From NCBI RefSeq assembly GCF_902652985.1, contig NC_047016.1:35526001-35590000 (forward strand): DNA of 64,000 nucleotides. The letters run 5' to 3'. Source of the stretch: Pecten maximus. Taxonomy: Eukaryota. The notes under the pieces were generated by a model, which worked only from the letters and a program-made list of their open reading frames with translations, was not told where the DNA came from and made no database searches. Shown one piece after another: positions 12,400-38,715 of the stretch. Position 1 is the first letter of the stretch. Each line of letters opens with the position of its first letter. The position numbers and the translations under genes were made by a program.

Positions 12400-15300
12400 T
12401 TACTGTTTCTTCAGTCTTATATAATGAATGACGTTGGCTGCTGCTAAAATAAAAGCCCCCAAAAACATTGATGCTCCACCAAAATAGAACCCGATATCGT
12501 AGTGACCATTGACATCCTTCATAAAACCTGAAACAGGAAAGGATGACGATAATCAGTGCAATTGCTTTGTATATCAACTGATATTTTGGCGACAATGGAT
12601 TTTCTTATTTTTACAATTAATTGTCTATCATCATACACGTACAATGTACTTAAGTTAGGATCTTTCCAGTAAATTGTCCATATAGATGTACTTGCCATCC
12701 TCAACGTACAGTGTGCGTATGACAGAATGAAGTAGTGTTCAATTTAATGTAAAAAATCAAATCAATACTTACTTAAATTAATTACTTTAAAAAGGTAAAT
12801 AAAAACCAAATCTTAAAGCCTTGGTCTTACTTTTATCCCACAGATATATACTTAAATGTATTGTGATGTAGCAACTTACCCGCTATTGGAGGACCAAGAA
12901 ACATACCAATACCCTGGAAACATATCAGTAATCCAAACGAGTTCACAAGTTTCTTTACCCCTAGGATATCCACAATGACGACAGACTTCTGAGAGATGTA
13001 GGCACCTACTAGTAGTCCGTATACGGCACAAAGCACCGAGAGCTCAGCAAAGGTGTCAAGACTGGGCACTGCTAACGACACAAAGCCCAGAAGGAATAGC
13101 ACAGCATTGTAGATATAAATCCGGTATTGTTTCACACTTGCCATATCGAGCAAAAATCCAGACACTATACGACTAGTACCATCAAAGAGTCCGATAATAG
13201 ATACTATATACGAAGCGTGGAGTTCGGATACACCTTTAGATTTGGCGTAGGCAGGTATGAAGACAAAAGCCGCCTGTGATGATATGGTATACAGTAATAT
13301 GGCCGCACAAAAAGAAGTAAATCGCAAATCTTTCATCAAAGATAATTCAAGTAGTTTGGTCTTTGGCTTGCTGTCCTTATTGGAGGGACCACATGAAAAC
13401 ATCCTCCTTATTTTCGACAGGCGTGTCTGTGGCTGTGCATCAACGTGCGGGTTGGTTACTTGTTCCTCTTTAAGTTTTTTATCATTTTGCATTCCCTCTA
13501 CATCCTCCCACAAAGCTGATGATTCAGCTCCCACGTCAGCTTCTTTTTTACTTTTCCTCCTATGGAAAAGATAAAGATATTATATAGCTGTATATAAATC
13601 TCCTTAATTATTGGATGTATATTACTTTAACGATGTGATGAAAACTTCGAACCTTGTGTTAACATTCGTGTTCCAAAAGAGAAAATTTCACCATAATATG
13701 GCTTCGAAACATTTTTTGTAGAAAATAACCCTCGGCCAATACTGGAAAATGTATTTTGTTTCTTTCGATAGTTTAATAAAGATATCATTAGAATTTCTAA
13801 ATGTACTTATTCGTAGATTAATTGTGAACTGGAAACCGAACATAAATTATAATACCTTTCATCATGTATCTTCATCTTCAAATGGAGCCAGAGGGGTCTA
13901 AACAAACAGCCACAGGCCGAAATGTTCAGCATGACAGCTCCAAGGATAAGAAAAGCACCAAAGAAACCATAAAAGTTGAAGATTGTCTCAATAATGGTGG
14001 GAAACAGAAAAGAGCCAAATCCAACACCTGATGTTGCAATGCCGACAGCAAGACCTCGTCTTTTGTTAAAGTACTCTCCTACTATGACTACAGCAGGGGC
14101 GTAAGCTAGCAGTCTGCCAAATCCTGCAAGAACCCAGTATACTGTATCAGTATATAATCTACGATACCTCGTAGTTGCTAATATAAACATAATATATCTG
14201 GAAGCAAATTTATCAAAGAATACGATGATAGTGATTATCTGGACGCAAATTTATTAAAGAATAAGATGATAGTGATTATCTGGAAGCAAATTTATTCTTT
14301 CTGAAATTACCCATATCCGCATATTTCGGGTTATTTAGGTACCGAAATATCTAGGAAGATGCGAATTAATACTAAAAAAGATTGACAAATCAAATTTACT
14401 CTCAAGACTTCGATATATACCTAGGACCCAGCCAACAGGGCCAAATAACAACAAAAAAGTACGAAGAGTACTTATCAATGGGAGACATGCATATGGCAAT
14501 ATTTTTAAATCATTATCCCATTGAGAAATATTCGACGTGTATTCCATTGCGTTATAGCAGTTTGCGGTGTTCAATGAAATGATATTTGCGCTAGTTGGCA
14601 TCAGATTTTGTACAAGAATATGATTATATCCAGGTCCCCTATATACATGTATTCATAAAACCTTGTCTTGCTCCCTAAGATAGTGTTGGTGATAAACCTT
14701 ATATTTGATTTTTTTCAGTGATTTGAAGGGATTTCGAAGAGACTTCAAGTAAGGTAAAGCGAGATATTATCTACAATTAATATTATTAATATTAGGGTTT
14801 TCTTTCAACCTGCTATTTCATCATTTACAAGTAAACAAGTTGAACGAGTGTTGGGTTCAGCACAGATTTCAAGTGTGAGCACGAGGACGGTTTCATGAAT
14901 ACTGGCCCTGGATTAGACCTAGATATACATGATGACAATTTTAATTAAGATTTTGCGCTAGCTTTAATAGGATTTTGAGTTAGAATAATTTAAAGGGGCA
15001 TTCCTTCGTTTAGATTGGGTAAAAGGTTGTCAAAATTAAACTTACTGAAAAATATGTGTTTTTTCCCAAGTAGTAACAGTTCTAACCTTTACATTATTAT
15101 TAAGGCAGTATTTTTCCCCTCACGATTAACCAAAGTTCTTCGAGTATTAAGTCCTGAAAATTCTTTATTCCACCCGAAGTACCACCAATTACCGCTAAGA
15201 AATACGGTATTTGTATACGATACGCCTTTCTCTTATATATTTCGGGGCGTTGATTTAATTACATTTAGGCACAAACACTCATATGATCATCGTTCGGACA

Positions 15301-18300
15301 TAGATTTCATCAACAGAAATTGCGCATGTTTCTGAGGTCCGAAGTTTGCATGTTGGTATCCTCTTGTTGTTTTGTATACAACGTTGCATTTCATCTCAGT
15401 TTCACTTTTCTGCACCAGATCTTGGATTCTGACAACAATATTTAACTATCGAACGATTTGTAATTATACATGAACATTTCGTTTTTTTCTCAGTATCTGT
15501 AATTGTTCTTATCGAATCTGATTTTGTCAATTCATATCAAGCCAATATTTACAAACAAATAAACTCTCAAAAGGAACTCAATAAAGCATTATATCATATA
15601 CACTTGCTGTTTATGCAATATCAATTAACAAAGGTATAACAAAGGTATCCTTGCATTGTTTTTGATGGTAGCAAACTAAGACTCACCGAAAGTAAAAACT
15701 CCACCATTAACACCTTTTCATTTAATTTTTCTTACTGTTTTTCGGCAATGTCAGCATACTTATTGTTACCATATTGACAAGTATTACATTTAACCAGGAA
15801 CTACCTTGATATTTAACCTGAGCCCTACAAAAATGAAACAAATCGTTGACTTCACTCTTAACTAATTTTAAAGTATACATGTATAATTATATGCTTTACC
15901 TCCTAGAACTCCAAAGCTGGCATATGTGAACGACAGAGTAGGTGATACAGAAGTGATGACCAGGCTGATGCACAGGAGAACACCTCCAGTGATTACCACA
16001 GATCGAGCGGAATATCTGTTACACAGTATGCTACACACAGGGCCTACAACACAAAGTATCATATTGACAAAGTATACTACACACAGGGCCTACAACACAA
16101 AGTATCATGTTGAGAACATATACTACACACAGGGCCTACAACACAAAGTATCATATTGACAAAGTATGCTACACACAGGGTCTACAACAAAAGTATCATG
16201 TTGAGAACATATACTACACACAGGGCCTACAACACAAAGTATCATATTGACAAATATGCTACACACAGAACATACAACACAAAGTATCATATTGACAAAG
16301 TATACTACACACAGGGCCTACAACACAAAGTATCATATTGACAAAGTATGCTACACACAGGGTCTACAACAAAAGTATCATGTTGAGAACATATACTACA
16401 CACAGGGCCTACAACACAAAGTATCATATTGACAAAGTATGCTACACACAGGGTCTACAACAAAAGTATCATGTTGAGAACATATACTACACACAGGGCC
16501 TACAACACAAAGTATCATATTGACAAATATGCTACACACAGAACATACAACACAAAGTATCATATTGACAAAGTATACTACACACAGGGCCTACAACACA
16601 AAGTATCATATTGACAAAGTATGCTACACACAGGGTCTACAACACAAAGTATCATATTGACAAAGTATGCTACACACAGGGCCTACAACACAAAGTATCA
16701 TATTGACAAATATGCTACACACAGAACCTACAACACAAAGTATCATATATTGACAAAGTATGCTACACACAGGGTCTACAACACAAAGTATCATATTGAC
16801 AAAGTATGCTACACACAGGGCCTACAACACAAAGTATCATATTGAGAACATATGCTACATACAGGGACTACAACACATAATATATTGACAAATTATGCTA
16901 ACAAAAAGGACCTACAACTTAAAATATCATGTTGACAAAGTATGCTACACAATTGGCATGAGATTCATAGTGACATACAGACAAAGTACGCTTCATACAG
17001 CGCCTACAACACAAAATATCACATTGACAGATTATGCTACACACAGAGCTTACAACACAAAATATCATATTGACAAAGTGTGCTAATCACAGGGCCTGCA
17101 GCACAAAAAAAAACATATTGACAAAGTAATAAATATGTATGCTACATGGAGGGCCTAGAAATTTAAATATTTCAATGGAGTATGCTTCAGACTTAAGGCT
17201 TAAAACACATGTCATACTGACAAAGTAAGATATACATAGGATCTATAACACAAAATATCATATTGACAAAGTAATGCTTCACAAAAGGCCTACAACTTAA
17301 AATATCACATTCACAAAGTAATATGCCACACACACAGCCTACAACACAAAATATCACATTCACAGTGTATGCTACACATGTAATATCATATTGACAAAGC
17401 TTAGTATGCTACAAACAGGGCCCTACAACATAAAATATCATATTGAAAAAGTATGCTACACATAGGGCCTAAAACATCAAGAATCATATTGAAAATTATA
17501 CAATGGCAAGGTATTGTGTTAATATGAAAACCTATTTTATCTATGCTGATAAAACATTACAAATGATTCCATCAATTACTATGGAAAATTTTGGGATAAG
17601 TATCATTATGTAATTTCAGCATAAGTAGCTTTAATTATCTTTTTACTTTTGCAAAATCAGAGCGTTCTTTATTTCCTAAATAGTATTTGTCTTTACATGA
17701 ATGTGCAAAGTTAAATTAGAAATTTGGGACCCACAAGGAGAGAGGTATATATGTACTTACCTAGAGTCAATCTCAGACCTGCTGGGAGGGAGGTTGCCCA
17801 TGCTGTGGCGGCAGCAGACTTTTCAAATTTATCCTCAAACTTTAAGTAAATGATTCCAGCTGATCTCTCTATTCCACCTATAATCATGATTAAGTGCATG
17901 CCTCAGTGTGTGTAAGTGCATGCCTCAGTGTGTGTAAGTGCATGCCTCAGTGTGTGTAAGTGCATGCCTCAGTGTGTGTAAGTACATGCCTCAGTGTGTG
18001 TACAGATATCATTACCATTAGCCAAGTTGTCTCTCCAAGTTTAATGAAATCATATGCTTATACATTGGTTTATAATATTATGGATAGCTAATAAATAGTT
18101 GAAGAAAGAAACACTAATAAATATTTGAATCATTTGGAAAGAAAATAGGTTATGTACGTATTTGATTTTACTATATACTGCTGTAATATGTATCAATAAA
18201 AAGTGTTTTTTAAAAACAGAAAGCAGCTCTAAGGCTTGAACATATACATAAGAAAATTGAACTAAAGATAAATCAAACCAAATGTACATAATTTCAGTGA

Positions 18301-18752
18301 ATATTATAATTCCTTTTATATCAAGTTACATTTTTGTTTAGAAATTAATTGATATAAATTCATAGTGTATTATACTCAGAAACTGAAACACATCAAGCAT
18401 ACATTCACCAAGACTAGTAAAGAAGAAAAGTAAATATTAAAGTGTAACTCGACTATATACCTATGAAGAGATGGACAAGTAAACTGCCTAACACAATGAA
18501 CCACCCAAATCCTCCATCGGGGGCTAAGTTTTCTTCCTCCACGTTCGAATTCACCACAGGTTCCTCTACCTCCTCCAACACCTCAACTGTTTCAGCAGAA
18601 TCAGATTCTCTGTTCTCCAATCTAGTTGTATTCTGTTCTCCTCCATTGACTAAAGGGCAATGCTCTGTCTCCGTTCTTTGCTCTTCCATTTCTAAAGTAG
18701 TTTTATCCCAATTTTTCAAAGATGGGTGCTCTGTTGTTGAATTCCCCTCCAT
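12400..18752 (-). CDS. SLC16 monocarboxylate transporter (MFS), paralogue 2, ~542 aa, 6 coding exons
   Basis: Exons 18752-18461, 17877-17761, 16043-15900, 14123-13856, 13559-12880, 12527-12400 join in frame (1629 nt). Motif APDGGFGW. Internal exon sizes 117/144/268 and intron phases are identical to paralogue 1. Confidence 0.9.
14990..15600. mobile_element. probable truncated DNA-transposon fragment (TTAA-AGG start, Kolobok-like)
   Basis: Begins TTAAAGGGGCATTCCTTCGTTT. No matching other terminus seen, so the right boundary is approximate. Confidence 0.25.
16025..17490. repeat. 45-46-bp minisatellite derived from the SLC16 paralogue 2 intron2/exon3 acceptor
   Basis: Unit AGTATGCTACACACAGGGCCTACAACACAAAGTATCATATTGACAA, ~30 copies. 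The first copy overlaps exon 3. Confidence 0.95.
17891..18001. repeat. 22-bp minisatellite, 5 copies
   Basis: TAAGTGCATGCCTCAGTGTGTG x5, next to the exon 2 acceptor. Confidence 0.95.
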
Positions 18753-19799
18753 ATTTTTAATACAGGGTATATTTATATCGCCTCTTATCAGAGTTGATTT
18801 CTCCGTCACCCTGGTCTGAAGTGTTACTGGCTAGAACATCCTTGTGGTATCTCTGTCACAGGTAACCATATCTTATAAATAGGCTCCACACAATTCTGTT
18901 TTTATTTGTATACATAATTTGCATTAATGTCATTATTTGTATTATATAGTAACCTGGCTAATTAACATAAACGGTACTACAATCTGTATATATATACATG
19001 TATAAATTGGAAACTAAATGTGATATACATATATCCACCCGTTACCTATTACTGCTGTCATCTGTATAGTTTAACATAAAGGATGTATGTTCTGCATAGC
19101 ATCAGAATTTAACTCACTATGTTGACTGTATAACCATTTAATACTTTACTTTATGTGATATTTTAAATTGTAGTGAAAAAAATGACCAAAATTTAACGCT
19201 CAAAATCCCTTAGCTATTGAAAAGAAAGAGTTTTGAAACTCTAAAAGAAAATGTTCAGATATTGAAAATAGATACATAAATACATAGATCTCATATACCT
19301 TTAATATGAAAACTTTTTAACAAATGGATTTAAACTGATTTATGTACTCATTTAAATCTTTTAAAATGAACACTGTAAGCACATTCTCATAAGTAATAGA
19401 TTATAAGATATATATGTATGTAGATTTTGTGTTCCCCGGATAACGGGTCTAAAATTCTAAATGTTAGGACCATAATCTGGAGGGTTCTATAATACATACC
19501 TGTGATGTGACTGGTGAATACAGGATTTAGCTCCCTTAGACCGTTTGCAAGGTATGTTTTGAAAGCCGATAGTGTATTTGGTTTATGATGAAAGTTACAA
19601 ACTTAAATATAAAGGGTCACATTTGCTCCTTTTTTAACCAAAGAAGCCCACCGATGCAAGCTTCCTAAAAATACCGAACGCCAATATTTTTGAAATACAA
19701 TGCAATCTAACAATGCAATAACTGTAATATGGCCTTGGGAAAGCACGTGCATAGAGTTATCATCACATCAGCATGGCTGCATGCAAGGAAAGCAAATTT

Positions 19800-20257
19800 A
19801 TTTTTACCTGAAGCTTTTTTTTAACACACGATCAAGTACATTTGCACAGTAATCATTGCAATGGAATTTGTCGAATCGAAAGATCCTCACACGAGACATG
19901 AGACAGGTCAACACATGAAACCTTATATATGCAACTTACACGTTACGTACCTTTTAACAGAGACATGTCTGCGTGATAAAATACCGTCTCTGGTTTTAAC
20001 AGGGCCAGGGCCTCTGTTTAGTGGAGTATTTGTAATTTCACAATACAGCATTGTTGAGTTCTGAATTTAACAATCCGTATGGAATATTCGGTCTGCGTGC
20101 ACAGTATCCCAATGTTACACGACTCAACATTTTAGAATATATCCGGATATTTAGCGTAGTTACCGTTTCTACATTTATATATGTCAATGCTACATCCGGA
20201 TTCAGTATTGACAGTAATCCACACGAGACATGAAGTGAAAAAAATTGAACTAGCGAC
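19800..20257. promoter_or_regulatory. probable bidirectional promoter between SLC16 paralogue 2 (-) and RABGGTB (+)
   Basis: RABGGTB ATG at 20258. Minus-strand donor-like sites (CAG|GTATGT near 19500, CAG|GTAAAA near 19808) suggest SLC16 5'UTR exons. The 14-mer CACACGAGACATGA occurs at 19888 and 20220. Confidence 0.4.
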
Positions 20258-32924
<12,667 letters not shown>

Positions 32925-34529
32925 GTCCTGTATACTATTTGCCCGAGGAAGACATACAACATGTAGGCATACAACTTGAACTGTTGTGAGTCCTGTATAC
33001 TATTTGCCTGAGGAAGTCGTACAGCGTATAGGCATCAGAATCAAACTGTTGAGATTTCTGTAAACTGTTTGCCTGAAGAGTTTATACAACATGTAGACAC
33101 ACTCAAACTGTTGTAATCACTTAGCCTGTGTAACAAACTGTTTTGGTCACTTTATCAAATGTTGATGTTAAACTTGAGAGCTCTGCTGGAAGTGTAATTC
33201 ACGGGAAAGCGATATGAAAAAAAGTTTGTATCAGATTAGAATGCATGTAAATTAATATATATGGTTGGGATGATGATAAGATGCTGTAAATTAAACTCAT
33301 CTTGACAGAGCATGTTTGAGGTTTCATTTGACCCTAATGCTGTATGTGGTAGTAGAAATCTGATGGATATATTTGGAGGTATATCAGAGTCTGTGTTAAT
33401 TATATGTATCAGTGGATTTTTAGCAACTTTGCTCTCAATCTTTTGAAAGAGTAAATAAGTATGAAAATGAAAAGGATGCCGTTGGGAAACATTCCATTCC
33501 ACAAGACAGGACTCCAGTCAGATTGAGGGATGGTTATATATATAATTATGTGTAAATGAAGGATGATTGTTAATTTCAACAGTATATTTGTTTTTTAAAT
33601 TGAGTTTATGTATTATGAATGTGTTTTGAATGATTTATGAAAAATATGTGTATTGGATATATATAATTTAAATTCCCTCCTTGATCTCCGTTTGTAATGA
33701 AGTATTAATGAATAATGTTCTACGCAGTTGCCACGTAATGTATACGTGCACAATGTCCTTATGATTGTCTTTCACATTTTGATTGAGCATTGTTTAAACA
33801 GGTAACAATAGACGATGCAGTGGAATCAAATCCATGTTTTGTATTTTCCAATATGGTAATTGAAATATCAAGTAAGAAATAGAAACGTAATTAGGTCTTG
33901 ACCATGAATATTTATGTCATATGGAAAAAACAAATAACCCAAATATCACTGTTGACACATTGAATTTGAAGCAAATTTTTAATTTGGCCACATTGACTCA
34001 ACTATCTTTACGTTTTCTCTATAGATCTAGTACTTGATGTGGAACATCGCGCATATTCAGAAGGGTGTCATTATTAAATTTGACTTTATTTAATATTCAC
34101 ATTTCCTGTTAGTACAAATATGTGATTAGATTTAACAACAGTTAGGTATACTGACAAAGTGAAAGGAAGGGAAGTATAACTCTGTTAGATCAGAATACAA
34201 ATACTATTCATAAACTATTTGTTTTCCTAATGAGAATGATATATGGAAACATTTTGTTTATTTGTGAATGTCATTGCTTTACTACTCATTTAACACAACT
34301 GTTGTGTTTATTATTTATAATAAAAAAAATAGAAAGTTTATATCTTTGATGAATTTATTGTTTTTTTCCCCACTTGCCTTGCTTATAAATTGAAGTACTT
34401 TGTATGTTTACGTAAGGCACGCTTTCAATTCACAGTGTTTTTTAATCATTCTTCATGTGAAATCAAGAAGAAAACAATAAACACTATTTATTTTACAACG
34501 ATTACAAATTAAATTATATCAATCATGCT

Positions 34530-34695
34530 TGTTGGCCTTGATGGTTGAGGGAGAGAAGGGTCTTACTGTCAGAGGAAACCGGAGTACCTGGGCAAAACCC
34601 ACGTGGTACGGCAGGTGAAAATCGAGGAATGGAACCACGCGCACGGCCGCTTACGTAATAGGCAACTGTGTTACCACTATGCCACCTGACCACCC
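34530..34695 (-). mobile_element. degenerate tRNA-derived SINE with V-like domain
   Basis: Minus strand shows A box GGTGGCATAGTGGTAA, degenerate B box GGTTCCATTCC and GGGTTTTGCCCAGGTACTCCGGTTTCCTC. Confidence 0.7.
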
Positions 34696-34879
34696 ACGTG
34701 AGGTGTATAATTAAGTAATTGTGGACATTTTGCCATCACCTATTTGTGTCTTTTACCATCAGTCTATACTTATACAGGCCACAAAAATTGACACAAAACT
34801 CCTTTAAAATGATGTTTTTTTATTGATTCGAAGATCAGAATTTACACTCGGCTATTTTCTGGATGATGTTGCTTGTTTA

Positions 34880-36812
34880 TCAGAGAGACATCTCTACCCA
34901 GACTGTCACAAATTCGGCTTGGCTTACTTTTGCATCCTCTGAAATGTACAACTCAAAAAATTTAATTCAATTTAATTACAGTATTTTGTCAGAGACCTAT
35001 TGTAGGTCTCTGGTTTTTTTATCATGTTTTTTTTTCATATTTCGAACAGTAAAAAAGATATTTTTCAAGAATCATGTGAGTGAATTTCTTTACACTTCAT
35101 CTACCCAGCCATAACCCAATATACATCACTGGTGTATATAGGTCATAACATTTGTAAACATGAGATTATACCAAAGAGAAGTTATCTTGCTTTTAGATTA
35201 TCTTCAATTCAAATCAGCATATTTTGTCGGTGATGTAGAAAATATTGTACGGTTTTTGTACGTGCAACATGTACCGGTTATGCCATTGACTTTTTCAAAA
35301 TTCAAAGACCAGGCAGATATGTTGCATGTACTTACGGTTTCTGTCAAAGTAGTAAAACACCCTGTCCATGTCAGGAGTTATCGAAAGGACGTCATCGCGA
35401 TCTGTATCGGCGTGGTGGAAGAGAGTCATGCCACTCTCTGGCGTTCCAAGGTCTTTGGCCTTCCAGACTGTTAAGAACTCGGTCTCGTCGATTGACCCGT
35501 CCACTATAAGGAACGCAACAGCAAGACAATATTGAAATAATAGTTTACAAATATGTGCTTTCAACGCCGTTCGCCTTCATTTGAAAAGGTAACCTGAGTT
35601 TCCTCTGGCCCTGACACCATGTGGCGAGAGGAAACTCGGGCTGTTGAAAAGGAAGCTCTCGTCACACGAGAGCGAAGGCGTGTTTTTGGTTTTAAAAGAG
35701 CAGTCCTGACTTAGTTGTATTAACAATGGAGTACGGAGTTTGGATAAAGACCTTCTGTTAACGTGAACATTTACACGTGGGGAAATTTACGCTTGATATA
35801 TATTTTGTGATATTATTATGATATTTATGAAACTGGCCAAAACAAAATTCGCCGAAATAGCTCCCACTTTTGCAAAACAGGAAATGTAATAATGTTTACA
35901 GAGGAGGATAAAGGTATTATTAGTATATGATCTCATGGCACAATTGAGAGTTATATGCATTAAAGCCAAACTTGAATCGTGCATACTGTTTATATCAAAG
36001 TCTGTGAATACGTCGTATACTTCGGCTTTGGTGAGAAAGCCATCGCTGGTTCTATTTTGTTCCGCCAGACGGAAGAGTTCGCGCGCCTCTGGACTGTCGG
36101 GCAAGGCTGGGCGCTCAGGATGGCTGAATACACTAAAACGAAAGATTCAACGATCTTTTACTTCCACTCGGCCACACTGTGTGGAATAAGAAGCCACATT
36201 TATACACTGCGGTGATGCAAATAATCTCAAACATTGCCTTTACAGTACATATGATAAATACATTGAAATTGCACAAATTGCCGTTCGATTAGAACTGACA
36301 AAAAACACAAAGAAACCAAAAGTATAAGTATTCTAGGTGATTAGGCTTTCTTAACAGAATTTTCAGATGAGAATTTTTCGTGTATCCACATACAATTAAT
36401 TCATATGCATGTACTTTAAACTCGAAAAAAAAAATATTTTATGATATCATTGGATTTGTTTTATAATTACATCTGCACTTATTTCATAATCTGCATGATA
36501 TACATATAAAGATACACTTTACATTAAAAGTACATGTGTATTAGTATTTGTTCGCCAAATATAATTGATATATATATACAAATATATATCATATGCACAT
36601 TGAACATGTAGCAGAAGGCCTAGGGGATGTAACTTAAAATTCGTACTGTATGTGTGTGTATGCATGCATGTAAATGAGCATAATGTATCCATACAAAGTC
36701 AATATTAATATGTTATATTTCATACTCTTACACATTTCAATAATTCGTAAAGTACTTACCAGCACAAAACAGCACATGCTGTCAAAAGAATAAATCCCTT
36801 TGTCTGAATCAT
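34880..36812 (-). CDS. secreted small EF-hand Ca2+-binding protein A (141 aa; resembles insoluble matrix shell protein 5-like proteins)
   Basis: Exons 36812-36760, 36132-35987, 35503-35336, 34938-34880 join in frame (426 nt). Signal-peptide-like MIQTKGFILLTACAVLCCVFS; EF loops DINMDGSIDETE, DTDRDDVLSITPD, DRNQDAKVSQAE. Confidence 0.85.
35590..35643. mobile_element. 54-bp MITE with 9-bp TSD (Academ/AcademH-like termini)
   Basis: TAACCTGAGTTTCCTC...GAGGAAACTCGGGCTG flanked by a perfect TTGAAAAGG duplication (35581-35589 and 35644-35652). Confidence 0.8.
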
Positions 36813-36947
36813 CTGAAAGAACCAATATTCTAGACGCTGGCATAAATGTAAACACGGTTGTAAAATGCAAATATGCGTTATAAAAAAAATTCATAATTAA
36901 CAGATCCGATTTTAGTAAATATGCTTCAATACTCTTTGATTATTACA

Positions 36948-37166
36948 GGTTGGTTTGGTTTGTTTTTGTTTAACGTCCCAACAACAGCCAGGGTCATTTA
37001 AGGACGTGCCAGGTTCTGGAGGTAAGCCGGAGTACCCGGAGAAAAACCACCGGCCTACGGTCAGTACCTGGCAACTGCCCCACGTAGTTTTCGAACTCGC
37101 AACCCAGAGGTTGAGGGCTAGTGTTTAAGTTTCTGGACACCTTAACCACTCGGCCACCGCGGCCCC
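36948..37166 (-). mobile_element. tRNA-derived SINE with V-like central domain
   Basis: A box TGGCCGAGTGG, B box GTTCGAAA, GGTTTTTCTCCGGGTACTCCGG and a (CAAAC)n tail. Closely similar copy at 56963. Confidence 0.9.
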
Positions 37167-37448
37167 TCATTACAGAATATGTAACATGATTTTACAGGAG
37201 ATAGATATGGTTTGTAACATTTTACTGACATAATTATTTTATTAGACAAATGGCAAGTCAGGAAACACATTAATTGGTATTACTGCAGTAATGTTTTCCT
37301 TAGTGAAAATAGCACCTGCTGACAAACACCAACACAACAGAATATCAATCACAACATAAAACTGGCCAAGAGAAATATTTAAAAGATCTGGAAACGTGCA
37401 GATCATATATGATATTTTCAATAAGTCTGGAGGTGTGGTTAGGTTTGT

Positions 37449-38715
37449 TGAGGACGGGTGTCGAGGAGACACCAAACAGTCGGTGTCATACGAGGACGGG
37501 TGTCAAGGTAACCCCAAACAGTTAGTGTCATACGAGGACGGATGTCAAGGAGATACCAAACAGTAAGTGTCATACGAGGACGGGTGTCAAGGTAACACCA
37601 AACAGTCAGTGTCATACGAGGACGGGTGTCAAGGTAACCCAAACAGTCAGTAAGTCAGTGTCATACGGGGACGGATGTCAAGGTAACCCCACCAGTCAGT
37701 GTCATACGGGGACGGGTGTCAAGGTAACCCCACAAGTCAGTGTCATGCGAGGACGGGTGTCAAGGTAACCCCACAAGTCAGTGTCATGCGAGGACGGATG
37801 TCAAGGTTACCCCAAACAGTCAGTGTCGTACGAGGACGGGTGTCAAGGTAACCCAGACAGTCAGTGTCATACGAGGACGGATGTCAAGGAGACACCAAAC
37901 AGTCAGTGTCATACGAGGACGGGTGTCAAGGTAACCCAAACAGTCAGTGTCATACGAGGACGGGTGTCAAGGAGACACCAAACAGTAAGTGTCATACGAG
38001 GACGGGTGTCAAGGAGTCACCAAACAGTCAGTGTCATACGAGGACGGATGTCAAGGAAACACCAAGCAGTCAGTGTCATACGAGGATGGGTGTCAAGGTA
38101 ACTCCACCAGTCAGTGTCATACGAGGACGGATGTCAAGGAGACACCAAACAGTCAGTGTCATACGAGGACGGGTGTCAAGGTGACCCAAACAGTCAGTGT
38201 CATACGAGGACGGGTGTCAAGTTCACCCAAACAGTCAGTGTCATACGAGGACGGGTGTCAAGGTAACCCAAACAGTCAGTGTCATACGAGGATGGGTGTC
38301 AAGGAGACACCAAACAGTCAGTGTCATACGAGGACGGATGTCAAGGAGATACCAAACAGTCAGTGTCATACGAGGACGGGTGTCAAGGAGACACCAAACA
38401 GTCAGTGTCATACGAGGACGGGTGTCAAGGTTACCCCAAACAGTCAGTGTCATACGAGGACGGGTGTGTCAAGGTAACCCAAACAGTCAGTGTCATACGA
38501 GGACGGATGTCAAGGAGATACCAAACAGTCAGTGTCATACGAGGACGGGTGTCAAGGTTACCCCAAACAGTCAGTGTCATACGAGGACGGGTGTGTCAAG
38601 GTAACCCAAACAGTCAGTGTCATACGAGGACGGGTGTCAAGTTAACCCCAAACAGTCAGTGTCATACGAGGACGGATGTCAAGGAGATACCAAACAGTAC
38701 GTGTCATACGAGGAC
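37449..38715. repeat. 41-43-bp GC-richer minisatellite (~30 copies)
   Basis: Unit CAGTCAGTGTCATACGAGGACGGGTGTCAAGG(TAAC/AGACA)CCAAA. Confidence 0.95.

Noticed and set aside
16025-17490. CRISPR-like regular array and repeated short ORFs
   Set aside because: Contiguous units without unique spacers, eukaryotic intron, no cas genes. The ORFs are repeat artefacts.
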